This document shows, piece after piece, positions 45,501-60,433 of a stretch of 64,000 nt of DNA (position 1 is the first letter of the stretch; each line of letters opens with the position of its first letter). The stretch covers positions 868,001-932,000 of the forward strand of contig CAXKVF010000073.1 of the NCBI GenBank assembly GCA_964057225.1, given 5' to 3'. The notes under the pieces were generated by a model that made no database searches, was not told where the DNA came from, and saw only the letters and a program-made list of their open reading frames with translations. The DNA comes from Auanema rhodensis. Lineage: Eukaryota > Animalia > Nematoda. Both the position numbers and the translations under genes were made by a program.

Positions 45501-48500
45501 GGACATGGGGAATCTAATTTTGAAAACCGCATCTCTTTATCTTTCACGTGAAGCGAGTTACATACCAAGTGCCCATCACGTGTACATTTAATTAGCATAA
45601 ATTAAAGTTCACGTAAATTTCAAAGTCATGGTTACCATGCACCAATATCAATAAAAATTTGTTTTTAGACTAATATGGACATGGGGAATCTAATTTTGAA
45701 AACCGCATCTCGTTATCTTTCACGTGAAGCGAGTTACATACCAAGTGCACATCACGTGTACATTTAATTAGCATAAATTAAAGTTCACGTAAATTTCAAA
45801 GTCATGGTTACCATGCACCAATATCAATAAAAATTTGTTTTTAGACTAATATGGACATGGGGAATCTAATTTTGAAAACCGCATCTCTTTATCTTTCACG
45901 TGAAGCGAGTTACATACCAAGTGCCCATCACGTGTACATTTAATTAGCATAAATTAAATTTGTTTTTAGACTAATATGGACATGGGGAATCTAATTTTGA
46001 AAACCGCATCTCTTTATCTTTCACGTGAAGCGAGTTACATACCAAGTGCCCATCACGTGTACATTTAATTAGCATAAATTAAAGTTCACGTAAATTTCAA
46101 AGTCATGGTTACCATGCACCAATATCAATAAAAATTTGTTTTTAAACTAATATGGATATGGGGAATCTAATTTTGAAAACCGCATCTCTTTATCTTTCAC
46201 GTGAAGCGAGTTACATACCAAGTGCACATCACGTGTACATTTAATTAGCATAAATTAAAGTTCACGTAAATTTCAAAGTCATGGTTACCATGCACCAATA
46301 TCGATAAAAATTTGTTTTTAGACTAATATGGACATGGGGAATCTAATTTTGAAAACCGCATCTCTTTATCTTTCACGTGAAGCGAGTTACATACCAAGTG
46401 CACATCACGTGTACATTTAATTAGCATAAATTAAAGTTCACGTAAATTTCAAAGTCATGGTTACCATGAACCAATATCAATAAAAATTTGTTTTTAGACT
46501 AATATGGACATGGGGAATCTAATTTTGAAAACCGCATCTCTTTATCTTTCACGTGAAGCGAGTTACATACCAAGTGCACATCACGTGTACATTTAATTAG
46601 CATAAATTAAAGTTCACGTAAATTTCAAAGTCATGGTTACCATGAACCAATATCAATAAAAATTTGTTTTTAGACTAATATGGACATGGGGAATCTAATT
46701 TTGAAAACCGCATCTCTTTATCTTTCACGTGAAGCGAGTTACATACCAAGTGCCCATCACGTGTACATTTAATTAGCATAAATTAAAGTTCACGTAAATT
46801 TCAAAGTCATGGTTACCATGCACCAATATCAATAAAAATTTGTTTTTAGACTAATATGGACATGGGGAATCTAATTTTGAAAACCGCATCTCGTTATCTT
46901 TCACGTGAAGCGAGTTACATACCAAGTGCACATCACGTGTACATTTAATTAGCATAAATTAAAGTTCACGTAAATTTCAAAGTCATGGTTACCATGCACC
47001 AATATCAATAAAAATTTGTTTTTAGACTAATATGGACATGGGGAATCTAATTTTGAAAACCGCATCTCTTTATCTTTCACGTGAAGCGAGTTACATACCA
47101 AGTGCACATCACGTGTACATTTAATTAGCATAAATTAAAGTTCACGTAAATTTCAAAGTCATGGTTACCATGCACCAATATCAATAAAAATTTGTTTTTA
47201 GACTAATATGGACATGGGGAATCTAATTTTGGAAACCGCATCTCTTTATCTTTCACGTGAAGCGAGTTACATACCAAGTGCACATCACGTGTACATTTAA
47301 TTAGCATAAATTAAAGTTCACGTAAATTTCAAAGTCATGGTTACCATGCACCAATATCAATAAAAATTTGTTTTTAGACTAATATGGACATGGGGAATCT
47401 AATTTTGAAAACCGCATCTCTTTATCTTTCACGTGAAGCGAGTTACATACCAAGTGCACATCACGTGTACATTTAATTAGCATAAATTAAAGTTCACGTA
47501 AATTTCAAAGTCATGGTTACCATGAACCAATATCAATAAAAATTTGTTTTTAGACTAATATGGACATGGGGAATCTAATTTTGAAAACCGCATCTCTTTA
47601 TCTTTCACGTGAAGCGAGTTACATACCAAGTGCACATCACGTATACATTTAATTAGCATAAATTAAAGTTCACGTAAATTTCAAAGTCATGGTTACCATG
47701 AACCAATATCAATAAAAATTTGTTTTTAGACTAATATGGACATGGGGAATCTAATTTTGAAAACCGCATCTCTTTATCTTTCACGTGAAGCGAGTTACAT
47801 ACCAAGTGCACATCACGTGTACATTTAATTAGCATAAATTAAAGTTCACGTAAATTTCAAAGTCATGGTTACCATGCACCAATATCAATGAAAATTTGTT
47901 TTTAGACTAATATGGACATGGGGAATCTAATTTTGAAAACCGCATCTCTTTATCTTTCACGTGAAGCGAGTTACATACCAAGTGCACATCACGTGTACAT
48001 TTAATTAGCATAAATTAAAGTTCACGTAAATTTCAAAGTCATGGTTACCATGCACCAATATCAATACAAATTTGTTTTTAAACTAATATGGACATGGGGA
48101 ATCTAATTTTGAAAACCGCATCTCTTTATCTTTCACGTGAAGCGAGTTACATACCAAGTGCCCATCACGTGTACATTTAATTAGCATAAATTAAAGTTCA
48201 CGTAAATTTCAAAATCATGGTTACCATGCACCAATATCAATAAAAATTTGTTTTTAAACTAATATGGATATGGGGAATCTAATTTTGAAAACCGCATCTC
48301 TTTATCTTTCACGTGAAGCGAGTTACATACCAAGTGCACATCACGTGTACATTTAATTAGCATAAATTAAAGTTCACGTAAATTTCAAAGTCATGGTTAC
48401 CATGCACCAATATCGATAAAAATTTGTTTTTAGACTAATATGGACATGGGGAATCTAATTTTGAAAACCGCATCTCTTTATCTTTCACGTGAAGCGAGTT

Positions 48501-51500
48501 ACATACCAAGTGCACATCACGTGTACATTTAATTAGCATAAATTAAAGTTCACGTAAATTTCAAAGTCATGGTTACCATGAACCAATATCAATAAAAATT
48601 TGTTTTTAGACTAATATGGACATGGGGAATCTAATTTTGAAAACCGCATCTCTTTATCTTTCACGTGAAGCGAGTTACATACCAAGTGCACATCACGTGT
48701 ACATTTAATTAGCATAAATTAAAGTTCACGTAAATTTCAAAGTCATGGTTACCATGAACCAATATCAATAAAAATTTGTTTTTAGACTAATATGGACATG
48801 GGGAATCTAATTTTGAAAACCGCATCTCTTTATCTTTCACGTGAAGCGAGTTACATACCAAGTGCCCATCACGTGTACATTTAATTAGCATAAATTAAAG
48901 TTCACGTAAATTTCAAAGTCATGGTTACCATGCACCAATATCAATAAAAATTTGTTTTTAGACTAATATGGACATGGGGAATCTAATTTTGAAAACCGCA
49001 TCTCGTTATCTTTCACGTGAAGCGAGTTACATACCAAGTGCACATCACGTGTACATTTAATTAGCATAAATTAAAGTTCACGTAAATTTCAAAGTCATGG
49101 TTACCATGCACCAATATCAATAAAAATTTGTTTTTAGACTAATATGGACATGGGGAATCTAATTTTGAAAACCGCATCTCTTTATCTTTCACGTGAAGCG
49201 AGTTACATACCAAGTGCACATCACGTGTACATTTAATTAGCATAAATTAAAGTTCACGTAAATTTCAAAGTCATGGTTACCATGCACCAATATCAATAAA
49301 AATTTGTTTTTAGACTAATATGGACATGGGGAATCTAATTTTGAAACCGCATCTCTTTATCTTTCACGTGAAGCGAGTTACATACCAAGTGCACATCACG
49401 TGTACATTTAATTAGCATAAATTAAAGTTCACGTAAATTTCAAAGTCATGGTTACCATGCACCAATATCAATAAAAATTTGTTTTTAGACTAATATGGAC
49501 ATGGGGAATCTAATTTTGAAAACCGCATCTCTTTATCTTTCACGTGAAGCGAGTTACATACCAAGTGCACATCACGTGTACATTTAATTAGCATAAATTA
49601 AAGTTCATGTAAATTTCAAAGTCATGGTTACCATGCACCAATATCAATAAAAATTTGTTTTTAGACTAATATGGACATGGGGAATCTAATTTTGAAAACC
49701 GCATCTCTTCATCTTTCACGTGAAGCGAGTTACATACCAAGTGCACATCACGTGTACATTTAATTAGCATAAATTAAAGTTCACGTAAATTTCAAAGTCA
49801 TGGTTACCATGAACCAATATCAATAAAAATTTGTTTTTCGACTAATATGGACATGGGGAATCTAATTTTGAAAACCGCATCTCTTTATCTTTCACGTGAA
49901 GCGAGTTACATACCAAGTGCACATCACGTGTACATTTAATTAGCATAAATTAAAGTTCACGTAAATTTCAAAGTCATGGTTACCATGCACCAATATCAAT
50001 AAAAATTTGTTTTTAGACTAATATGGACATGGGGAATCTAATTTTGAAACCGCATCTCTTTATCTTTCACGTGAAGCGAGTTACATACCAAGTGCACATC
50101 ACGTGTACATTTAATTAGCATAAATTAAAGTTCATGTAAATTTCAAAGTCATGGTTACCATGCACCAATATCAATAAAAATTTGTTTTTAGACTAATATG
50201 GACATGGGGAATCTAATTTTGAAAACCGCATCTCTTCATCTTTCACGTGAAGCGAGTTACATACCAAGTGCACATCACGTGTACATTTAATTAGCATAAA
50301 TTAAAGTTCACGTAAATTTCAAAGTCATGGTTACCATGAACCAATATCAATAAAAATTTGTTTTTCGACTAATATGGACATGGGGAATCTAATTTTGAAA
50401 ACCGCATCTCTTTATCTTTCACGTGAAGCGAGTTACATACCAAGTGCACATCACGTGTACATTTAATTAGCATAAATTAAAGTTCACGTAAATTTCAAAG
50501 TCATGGTTACCATGCACCAATATCAATAAAAATTTGTTTTTAAACTAATATGGACATGGGGAATCTAATTTTGAAAACCGCATCTCTTTATCTTTCACGT
50601 GAAGCGAGTTACATACCAAGTGCACATCACGTGTACATTTAATTAGCATAAATTAAAGTTCACGTAACTTTCAAAGTCATGGTTACCATGCACCAATATC
50701 AATAAAAATTTGTTTTTAGACTAATATGGACATGGGGAATCTAATTTTGAAAACCGCATCTCTTTATCTTTCACGTGAAGCGAGCTACATACTAAGTGCA
50801 CATCACGTGTACATTTAATTAGCATAAATTAAAGTTCACGTAAATTTCAAAGTCATGGTTACCATGAACCAATATCAATAAAAATTTGTTTTTAGACTAA
50901 TATGGACATGGGGAATCTAATTTTGAAAACCGCATCTCTTTATCTTTCACGTGAAGCGAGTTACATACCAAGTGCACATCACGTGTACATTTAATTAGCA
51001 TAAATTAAAGTTCACGTAAATTTCAAAGTCATGGTTACCATGCACCAATATCAATACAAATTTGTTTTTAAACTAATATGGACATGAGGAATCTAATTTT
51101 GAAAACCGCATCTCTTTATCTTTCACGTGAAGCGAGTTACATACCAAGTGCACATCACGTGTACATTTAATTAGCATAAATTAAAGTTCACGTAAATTTC
51201 AAAGTCATGGTTACCATGCACCAATATCGATAAAAATTTGTTTTTAGACTAATATGGACATGGGGAATCTAATTTTGAAAACCGCATCTCTTTATCTTTC
51301 ACGTGAAGCGAGTTACATACCAAGTGCACATCACGTGTACATTTAATTAGCATAAATTAAAGTTCACGTAAATTTCAAAGTCATGGTTACCATGCACCAA
51401 TATCAATAAAAATTTGTTTTTAAACTAATATGGACATGGGGAATCTAATTTTGAAAACCGCATCTCTTTATCTTTCACGTGAAGCGAGTTACATACCAAG

Positions 51501-53830
51501 TGCCCATCACGTGTACATTTAATTAGCATAAATTAAAGTTCACGTAAATTTCAAAGTCATGGTTACCATGCACCAATATCAATAAAAATTTGTTTTTAGA
51601 CTAATATGGACATGGGGAATCTAATTTTGAAAACCGCATCTCGTTATCTTTCACGTGAAGCGAGTTACATACCAAGTGCACATCACGTGTACATTTAATT
51701 AGCATAAATTAAAGTTCACGTAAATTTCAAAGTCATGGTTACCATGCACCAATATCAATAAAAATTTGTTTTTAGACTAATATGGACATGGGGGAATCTA
51801 ATTTTGAAAACCGCATCTCTTTATCTTTCACGTGAAGCGAGTTACATACCAAGTGCACATCACGTGTACATTTAATTAGCATAAATTAAAGTTCACGTAA
51901 ATTTCAAAGTCATGGTTACCATGCACCAATATCAATAAAAATTTGTTTTTAGACTAATATGGACATGGGGAATCTAATTTTGGAAACCGCATCTCTTTAT
52001 CTTTCACGTGAAGCGAGTTACATACCAAGTGCACATCACGTGTACATTTAATTAGCATAAATTAAAGTTCACGTAAATTTCAAAGTCATGGTTACCATGC
52101 ACCAATATCAATAAAAATTTGTTTTTAGACTAATATGGACATGGGGAATCTAATTTTGAAAACCGCATCTCTTTATCTTTCACGTGAAGCGAGTTACATA
52201 CCAAGTGCACATCACGTGTACATTTAATTAGCATAAATTAAAGTTCACGTAAATTTCAAAGTCATGGTTACCATGCACCAATATCAATAAAAATTTGTTT
52301 TTAGACTAATATGGACATGGGGAATCTAATTTTGAAAACCGCATCTCTTCATCTTTCACGTGAAGCGAGTTACATACCAAGTGCACATCACGTGTACATT
52401 TAATTAGCATAAATTAAAGTTCACGTAAATTTCAAAGTCATGGTTACCATGAACCAATATCAATAAAAATTTGTTTTTCGACTAATATGGACATGGGGAA
52501 TCTAATTTTGAAAACCGCATCTCTTTATCTTTCACGTGAAGCGAGTTACATACCAAGTGCACATCACGTGTACATTTAATTAGCATAAATTAAAGTTCAC
52601 GTAAATTTCAAAGTCATGGTTACCATGAACCAATATCAATAAAAATTTGTTTTTCGACTAATATGGACATGGGGAATCTAATTTTGAAAACCGCATCTCT
52701 TTATCTTTCACGTGAAGCGAGTTACATACCAAGTGCACATCACGTGTACATTTAATTAGCATAAATTAAAGTTCACGTAAATTTCAAAGTCATGGTTACC
52801 ATGCACCAATATCAATAAAAATTTGTTTTTAAACTAATATGGACATGGGGAATCTAATTTTGAAAACCGCATCTCTTTATCTTTCACGTGAAGCGAGTTA
52901 CATACCAAGTGCACATCACGTGTACATTTAATTAGCATAAATTAAAGTTCACGTAACTTTCAAAGTCATGGTTACCATGCACCAATATCAATAAAAATTT
53001 GTTTTTAGACTAATATGGACATGGGGAATCTAATTTTGAAAACCGCATCTCTTTATCTTTCACGTGAAGCGAGCTACATACTAAGTGCACATCACGTGTA
53101 CATTTAATTAGCATAAATTAAAGTTCACGTAAATTTCAAAGTCATGGTTACCATGAACCAATATCAATAAAAATTTGTTTTTAGACTAATATGGACATGG
53201 GGAATCTAATTTTGAAAACCGCATCTCTTTATCTTTCACGTGAAGCGAGTTACATACCAAGTGCACATCACGTGTACATTTAATTAGCATAAATTAAAGT
53301 TCACGTAAATTTCAAAGTCATGGTTACCATGCACCAATATCAATACAAATTTGTTTTTAAACTAATATGGACATGAGGAATCTAATTTTGAAAACCGCAT
53401 CTCTTTATCTTTCACGTGAAGCGAGTTACATACCAAGTGCACATCACGTGTACATTTAATTAGCATAAATTAAAGTTCACGTAAATTTCAAAGTCATGGT
53501 TACCATGCACCAATATCGATAAAAATTTGTTTTTAGACTAATATGGACATGGGGAATCTAATTTTGAAAACCGCATCTCTTTATCTTTCACGTGAAGCGA
53601 GTTACATACCAAGTGCACATCACGTGTACATTTAATTAGCATAAATTAAAGTTCACGTAAATTTCAAAGTCATGGTTACCATGCACCAATATCAATAAAA
53701 ATTTGTTTTTAAACTAATATGGACATGGGGAATCTAATTTTGAAAACCGCATCTCTTTATCTTTCACGTGAAGCGAGTTACATACCAAGTGCACATCACG
53801 TGTACATTTAATTAGCATAAATTAAAGTTC
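39570..53830 (+). repeat. Copy 2 of the ~15-kb tandem segmental duplication
   Basis: Same marker order as copy 1. The offset steps 15436 -> 15261 -> 15085 -> ~14909, so three whole monomers are missing relative to copy 1. Confidence 0.9.
45886..46010 (+). repeat. Second copy of the 125-bp truncated monomer (junction 45958/45959)
   Basis: Identical junction and identical neighbouring GTGCCC variants to the copy at 30697. Confidence 0.95.
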
Positions 53831-56800
53831 ACGTAAATTTCAAAGTCATGGTTACCATGAACCAATATCAATAAAAATTTGTTTTTAGACTAATATGGAC
53901 ATGGGGAATCTAATTTTGAAAACCGCATCTCTTCATCTTTCACGTGAAGCGAGTTACATACCAAGTGCACATCACGTGTACATTTAATTAGCATAAATTA
54001 AAGTTCACGTAAATTTCAAAGTCATGGTTACCATGAACCAATATCAATAAAAATTTGTTTTTAGACTAATATGGACATGGGGAATCTAATTTTGAAAACC
54101 GCATCTCTTCATCTTTCACGTGAAGCGAGTTACATACCAAGTGCACATCACGTGTACATTTAATTAGCATAAATTAAAGTTCACGTAAATTTCAAAGTCA
54201 TGGTTACCATGAACCAATATCAATAAAAATTTGTTTTTAGACTAATATGGACATGGGGAATCTAATTTTGAAAACCGCATCTCTTTATCTTTCACGTGAA
54301 GCGAGTTACATACCAAGTGCACATCACGTGTACATTTAATTAGCATAAATTAAAGTTCACGTAAATTTCAAAGTCATGGTTACCATGAACCAATATCAAT
54401 AAAAATTTGTTTTTAGACTAATATGGACATGGGGAATCTAATTTTGAAAACCGCATCTCTTCATCTTTCACGTGAAGCGAGTTACATACCAAGTGCATAT
54501 CACGTGTACATTTAATTAGCATAAATTAAAGTTCACGTAAATTTCAAAGTCATGGTTACCATGAACCAATATCAATAAAAATTTGTTTTTAGACTAATAT
54601 GGACATGGGGAATCTAATTTTGAAAACCGCATCTCTTTATCTTTCACGTGAAGCGAGTTACATACCAAGTGCACATCACGTGTACATTTAATTAGCATAA
54701 ATTAAAGTTCACGTAAATTTCAAAGTCATGGTTACCATGAACCAATATCAATAAAAATTTGTTTTTAGACTAATATGGACATGGGGAATCTAATTTTGAA
54801 AACCGCATCTCTTTATCTTTCACGTGAAGCGAGTTACATACCAAGTGCACATCACGTGTACATTTAATTAGCATAAATTAAAGTTCACGTAAATTTCAAA
54901 GTCATGGTTACCATGAACCAATATCAATAAAAATTTGTTTTTAGACTAATATGGACATGGGGAATCTAATTTTGAAAACCGCATCTCTTTATCTTTCACG
55001 TGAAGCGAGTTACATACCAAGTGCACATCACGTGTACATTTAATTAGCATAAATTAAAGTTCACGTAAATTTCAAAGTCATGGTTACCATGAACCAATAT
55101 CAATTAAAATTTGTTTTTAGACTAATATGGACATGGGGAATCTAATTTTGAAAACCGCATCTCTTCATCTTTCACGTGAAGCGAGTTACATACCAAGTGC
55201 ACATCACGTGTACATTTAATTAGCATAAATTAAAGTTCACGTAAATTTCAAAGTCATGGTTACCATGAACCAATATCAATAAAAATTTGTTTTTAGACTA
55301 ATATGGACATGGGGAATCTAATTTTGAAAACCGCATCTCTTTATCTTTCACGTGAAGCGAGTTACGTACCAAGTGCACATCACGTGTACATTTAATTAGC
55401 ATAAATTAAAGTTCACGTAAATTTCAAAGTCATGGTTACCATGCACCAATATCAATAAAAATTTGTTTTTAAACTAATATGGATATGGGGAATCTAATTT
55501 TGAAAACCGCATCTCTTCATCTTTCACGTGAAGCGAGTTACATACCAAGTGCCCATCACGTGTACATTTAATTAGCATAAATTAAAGTTCACGTAAATTT
55601 CAAAGTCATGGTTACCATGCACCAATATCAATAAAAATTTGTTTTTAGACTAATATGGACATGGGGAATCTAATTTTGAAAACCGCATCTCTTTATCTTT
55701 CACGTGAAGCGAGTTACATACCAAGTGCACATCACGTGTACATTTAATTAGCATAAATTAAAGTTCACGTAAATTTCAAAGTCATGGTTACCATGAACCA
55801 ATATCAATAAAAATTTGTTTTTAGACTAATATGGACATGGGGAATCTAATTTTGAAAACCGCATCTCTTCATCTTTCACGTGAAGCGAGTTACATACCAA
55901 GTGCACATCACGTGTACATTTAATTAGCATAAATTAAAGTTCACGTAAATTTCAAAGTCATGGTTACCATGAACCAATATCAATAAAAATTTGTTTTTAG
56001 ACTAATATGGACATGGGGAATCTAATTTTGAAAACCGCATCTCTTTATCTTTCACGTGAAGCGAGTTACATACCAAGTGCACATCACGTGTACATTTAAT
56101 TAGCATAAATTAAAGTTCACGTAAATTTCAAAGTCATGGTTACCATGAACCAATATCAATAAAAATTTGTTTTTAGACTAATATGGACATGGGGAATCTA
56201 ATTTTGAAAACCGCATCTCTTTATCTTTCACGTGAAGCGAGTTACATACCAAGTGCACATCACGTGTACATTTAATTAGCATAAATTAAAGTTCACGTAA
56301 ATTTCAAAGTCATGGTTACCATGAACCAATATCAATAAAAATTTGTTTTTAGACTAATATGGACATGGGGAATCTAATTTTGAAAACCGCATCTCTTTAT
56401 CTTTCACGTGAAGCGAGTTACATACCAAGTGCCCATCACGTGTACATTTAATTAGCATAAATTAAAGTTCACGTAAATTTCAAAGTCATGGTTACCATGC
56501 ACCAATATCAATAAAAATTTGTTTTTAGACTAATATGGACATGGGGAATCTAATTTTGAAAACCGCATCTCGTTATCTTTCACGTGAAGCGAGTTACATA
56601 CCAAGTGCACATCACGTGTACATTTAATTAGCATAAATTAAAGTTCACGTAAATTTCAAAGTCATGGTTACCATGAACCAATATCAATAAAAATTTGTTT
56701 TTAAACTAATATGGATATGGGGAATCTAATTTTGAAAACCGCATCTCTTTATCTTTCACGTGAAGCGAGTTACATACCAAGTGCACATCACGTGTACATT

Positions 56801-59800
56801 TAATTAGCATAAATTAAAGTTCACGTAAATTTCAAAGTCATGGTTACCATGCACCAATATCGATAAAAATTTGTTTTTAGACTAATATGGACATGGGGAA
56901 TCTAATTTTGAAAACCGCATCTCTTTATCTTTCACGTGAAGCGAGTTACATACCAAGTGCACATCACGTGTACATTTAATTAGCATAAATTAAAGTTCAC
57001 GTAAATTTCAAAGTCATGGTTACCATGAACCAATATCAATAAAAATTTGTTTTTAGACTAATATGGACATGGGGAATCTAATTTTGAAAACCGCATCTCT
57101 TTATCTTTCACATGAAGCGAGTTACATACCAAGTGCACATCACGTGTACATTTAATTAGCATAAATTAAAGTTCACGTAAATTTCAAAGTCATGGTTACC
57201 ATGAACCAATATCAATAAAAATTTGTTTTTAGACTAATATGGACATGGGGAATCTAATTTTGAAAACCGCATCTCTTTATCTTTCACGTGAAGCGAGTTA
57301 CATACCAAGTGCCCATCACGTGTACATTTAATTAGCATAAATTAAAGTTCACGTAAATTTCAAAGTCATGGTTACCATGCACCAATATCAATAAAAATTT
57401 GTTTTTAGACTAATATGGACATGGGGAATCTAATTTTGAAAACCGCATCTCGTTATCTTTCACGTGAAGCGAGTTACATACCAAGTGCACATCACGTGTA
57501 CATTTAATTAGCATAAATTAAAGTTCACGTAAATTTCAAAGTCATGGTTACCATGAACCAATATCAATAAAAATTTGTTTTTAAACTAATATGGATATGG
57601 GGAATCTAATTTTGAAAACCGCATCTCTTTATCTTTCACGTGAAGCGAGTTACATACCAAGTGCACATCACGTGTACATTTAATTAGCATAAATTAAAGT
57701 TCACGTAAATTTCAAAGTCATGGTTACCATGCACCAATATCGATAAAAATTTGTTTTTAGACTAATATGGACATGGGGAATCTAATTTTGAAAACCGCAT
57801 CTCTTTATCTTTCACGTGAAGCGAGTTACATACCAAGTGCACATCACGTGTACATTTAATTAGCATAAATTAAAGTTCACGTAAATTTCAAAGTCATGGT
57901 TACCATGAACCAATATCAATAAAAATTTGTTTTTAGACTAATATGGACATGGGGAATCTAATTTTGAAAACCGCATCTCTTTATCTTTCACGTGAAGCGA
58001 GTTACATACCAAGTGCACATCACGTGTACATTTAATTAGCATAAATTAAAGTTCACGTAAATTTCAAAGTCATGGTTACCATGAACCAATATCAATAAAA
58101 ATTTGTTTTTAGACTAATATGGACATGGGGAATCTAATTTTGAAAACCGCATCTCTTTATCTTTCACGTGAAGCGAGTTACATACCAAGTGCACATCACG
58201 TGTACATTTAATTAGCATAAATTAAAGTTCACGTAAATTTCAAAGTCATGGTTACCATGAACCAATATCAATTAAAATTTGTTTTTAGACTAATATGGAC
58301 ATGGGGAATCTAATTTTGAAAACCGCATCTCTTCATCTTTCACGTGAAGCGAGTTACATACCAAGTGCACATCACGTGTACATTTAATTAGCATAAATTA
58401 AAGTTCACGTAAATTTCAAAGTCATGGTTACCATGAACCAATATCAATAAAAATTTGTTTTTAGACTAATATGGACATGGGGAATCTAATTTTGAAAACC
58501 GCATCTCTTTATCTTTCACGTGAAGCGAGTTACGTACCAAGTGCACATCACGTGTACATTTAATTAGCATAAATTAAAGTTCACGTAAATTTCAAAGTCA
58601 TGGTTACCATGCACCAATATCAATAAAAATTTGTTTTTAAACTAATATGGATATGGGGAATCTAATTTTGAAAACCGCATCTCTTCATCTTTCACGTGAA
58701 GCGAGTTACATACCAAGTGCCCATCACGTGTACATTTAATTAGCATAAATTAAAGTTCACGTAAATTTCAAAGTCATGGTTACCATGCACCAATATCAAT
58801 AAAAATTTGTTTTTAGACTAATATGGACATGGGGAATCTAATTTTGAAAACCGCATCTCTTTATCTTTCACGTGAAGCGAGTTACATACCAAGTGCACAT
58901 CACGTGTACATTTAATTAGCATAAATTAAAGTTCACGTAAATTTCAAAGTCATGGTTACCATGAACCAATATCAATAAAAATTTGTTTTTAGACTAATAT
59001 GGACATGGGGAATCTAATTTTGAAAACCGCATCTCTTCATCTTTCACGTGAAGCGAGTTACATACCAAGTGCACATCACGTGTACATTTAATTAGCATAA
59101 ATTAAAGTTCACGTAAATTTCAAAGTCATGGTTACCATGAACCAATATCAATAAAAATTTGTTTTTAGACTAATATGGACATGGGGAATCTAATTTTGAA
59201 AACCGCATCTCTTTATCTTTCACGTGAAGCGAGTTACATACCAAGTGCACATCACGTGTACATTTAATTAGCATAAATTAAAGTTCACGTAAATTTCAAA
59301 GTCATGGTTACCATGAACCAATATCAATAAAAATTTGTTTTTAGACTAATATGGACATGGGGAATCTAATTTTGAAAACCGCATCTCTTTATCTTTCACG
59401 TGAAGCGAGTTACATACCAAGTGCACATCACGTGTACATTTAATTAGCATAAATTAAAGTTCACGTAAATTTCAAAGTCATGGTTACCATGAACCAATAT
59501 CAATAAAAATTTGTTTTTAGACTAATATGGACATGGGGAATCTAATTTTGAAAACCGCATCTCTTTATCTTTCACGTGAAGCGAGTTACATACCAAGTGC
59601 CCATCACGTGTACATTTAATTAGCATAAATTAAAGTTCACGTAAATTTCAAAGTCATGGTTACCATGCACCAATATCAATAAAAATTTGTTTTTAGACTA
59701 ATATGGACATGGGGAATCTAATTTTGAAAACCGCATCTCGTTATCTTTCACGTGAAGCGAGTTACATACCAAGTGCACATCACGTGTACATTTAATTAGC

Positions 59801-59957
59801 ATAAATTAAAGTTCACGTAAATTTCAAAGTCATGGTTACCATGAACCAATATCAATAAAAATTTGTTTTTAAACTAATATGGATATGGGGAATCTAATTT
59901 TGAAAACCGCATCTCTTTATCTTTCACGTGAAGCGAGTTACATACCAAGTGCACATC

Positions 59958-59963
59958 ACGTGT
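59958..59963 (+). repeat. Apparent target-site duplication, left copy (ACGTGT)
   Basis: Left junction CACATC-ACGTGT|TCAACC. An uninterrupted monomer has ACGTGT once at this site. Exact length (3-6 bp) is ambiguous because of junction microhomology. Confidence 0.75.
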
Positions 59964-60433
59964 TCAACCTTTTTTGCAGCTACGTTCGACCAATCCTTGA
60001 ATATGCATCCGTGATATGGTCTCCCCAAGTATCTAAAAAAATATCTCGTATTGAGATGGTCCAAAAAAAATTCTTGCGAGCAGTCTTTTCAAGAGCAGGA
60101 ATTTTTTCCGACTACAAAAGTCAGCTCACTTTTTTGAATGCTCAAGAACTATCAACCAGGAGACAGGTAACTGATCTAGGTTTCTATTTCTCTCAAATTA
60201 AAGACGTATCAACGGACAGTATTTTAAGAATTTTTCAAATTAAACATTTCACCCACTCTCTTCGCAGACACCAATGGAATATCGACTATCCCGAGCTTCG
60301 GAAAAAGGCGACAAGAAATGGTATTGAGTACAGAAGCATCAAAACATGGAACGATCTACCTGAAAACCTTATCAACCTTACTAATGTTCATAATTTTAAA
60401 AAACACCTACTCTCTGCTCCAATTGATTTGTAA
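59963..60433 (+). pseudogene. C-terminal ~156-codon fragment of CR1-type LINE ORF2 (RT thumb/C-terminal region; endonuclease and RT catalytic core absent)
   Basis: Open frame FNLFCSYVRPILEY...APIDL* ending in TAA at 60431-60433 with no stops or frameshifts. The 28 aa upstream in the ORF track (59879-59962) are satellite-derived. Confidence 0.9.

Larger units (their letters stand above)
1..59963 (+). repeat. 176-bp tandem satellite array, left arm (~341 monomers, continues beyond window start); putative centromeric/pericentromeric satellite
   Basis: The sequence at 1 recurs at 177, and the 60-nt line pattern recurs every 2640 bp (15 x 176). Consensus: TCTTTATCTTTCACGTGAAGCGAGTTACATACCAAGTGCACATCACGTGTACATTTAATTAGCATAAATTAAAGTTCACGTAAATTTCAAAGTCATGGTTACCATG(A/C)ACCAATATCAATAAAAATTTGTTTTTAGACTAATATGGACATGGGGAATCTAATTTTGAAAACCGCATC. 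~32% GC. The centromeric role is inferred only from monomer length, AT-richness and homogeneity. Confidence 0.99.

Noticed and set aside
1-59963. CRISPR-like or prokaryotic repeat array
   Set aside because: No unique spacers and no cas genes; units are contiguous near-identical 176-mers.
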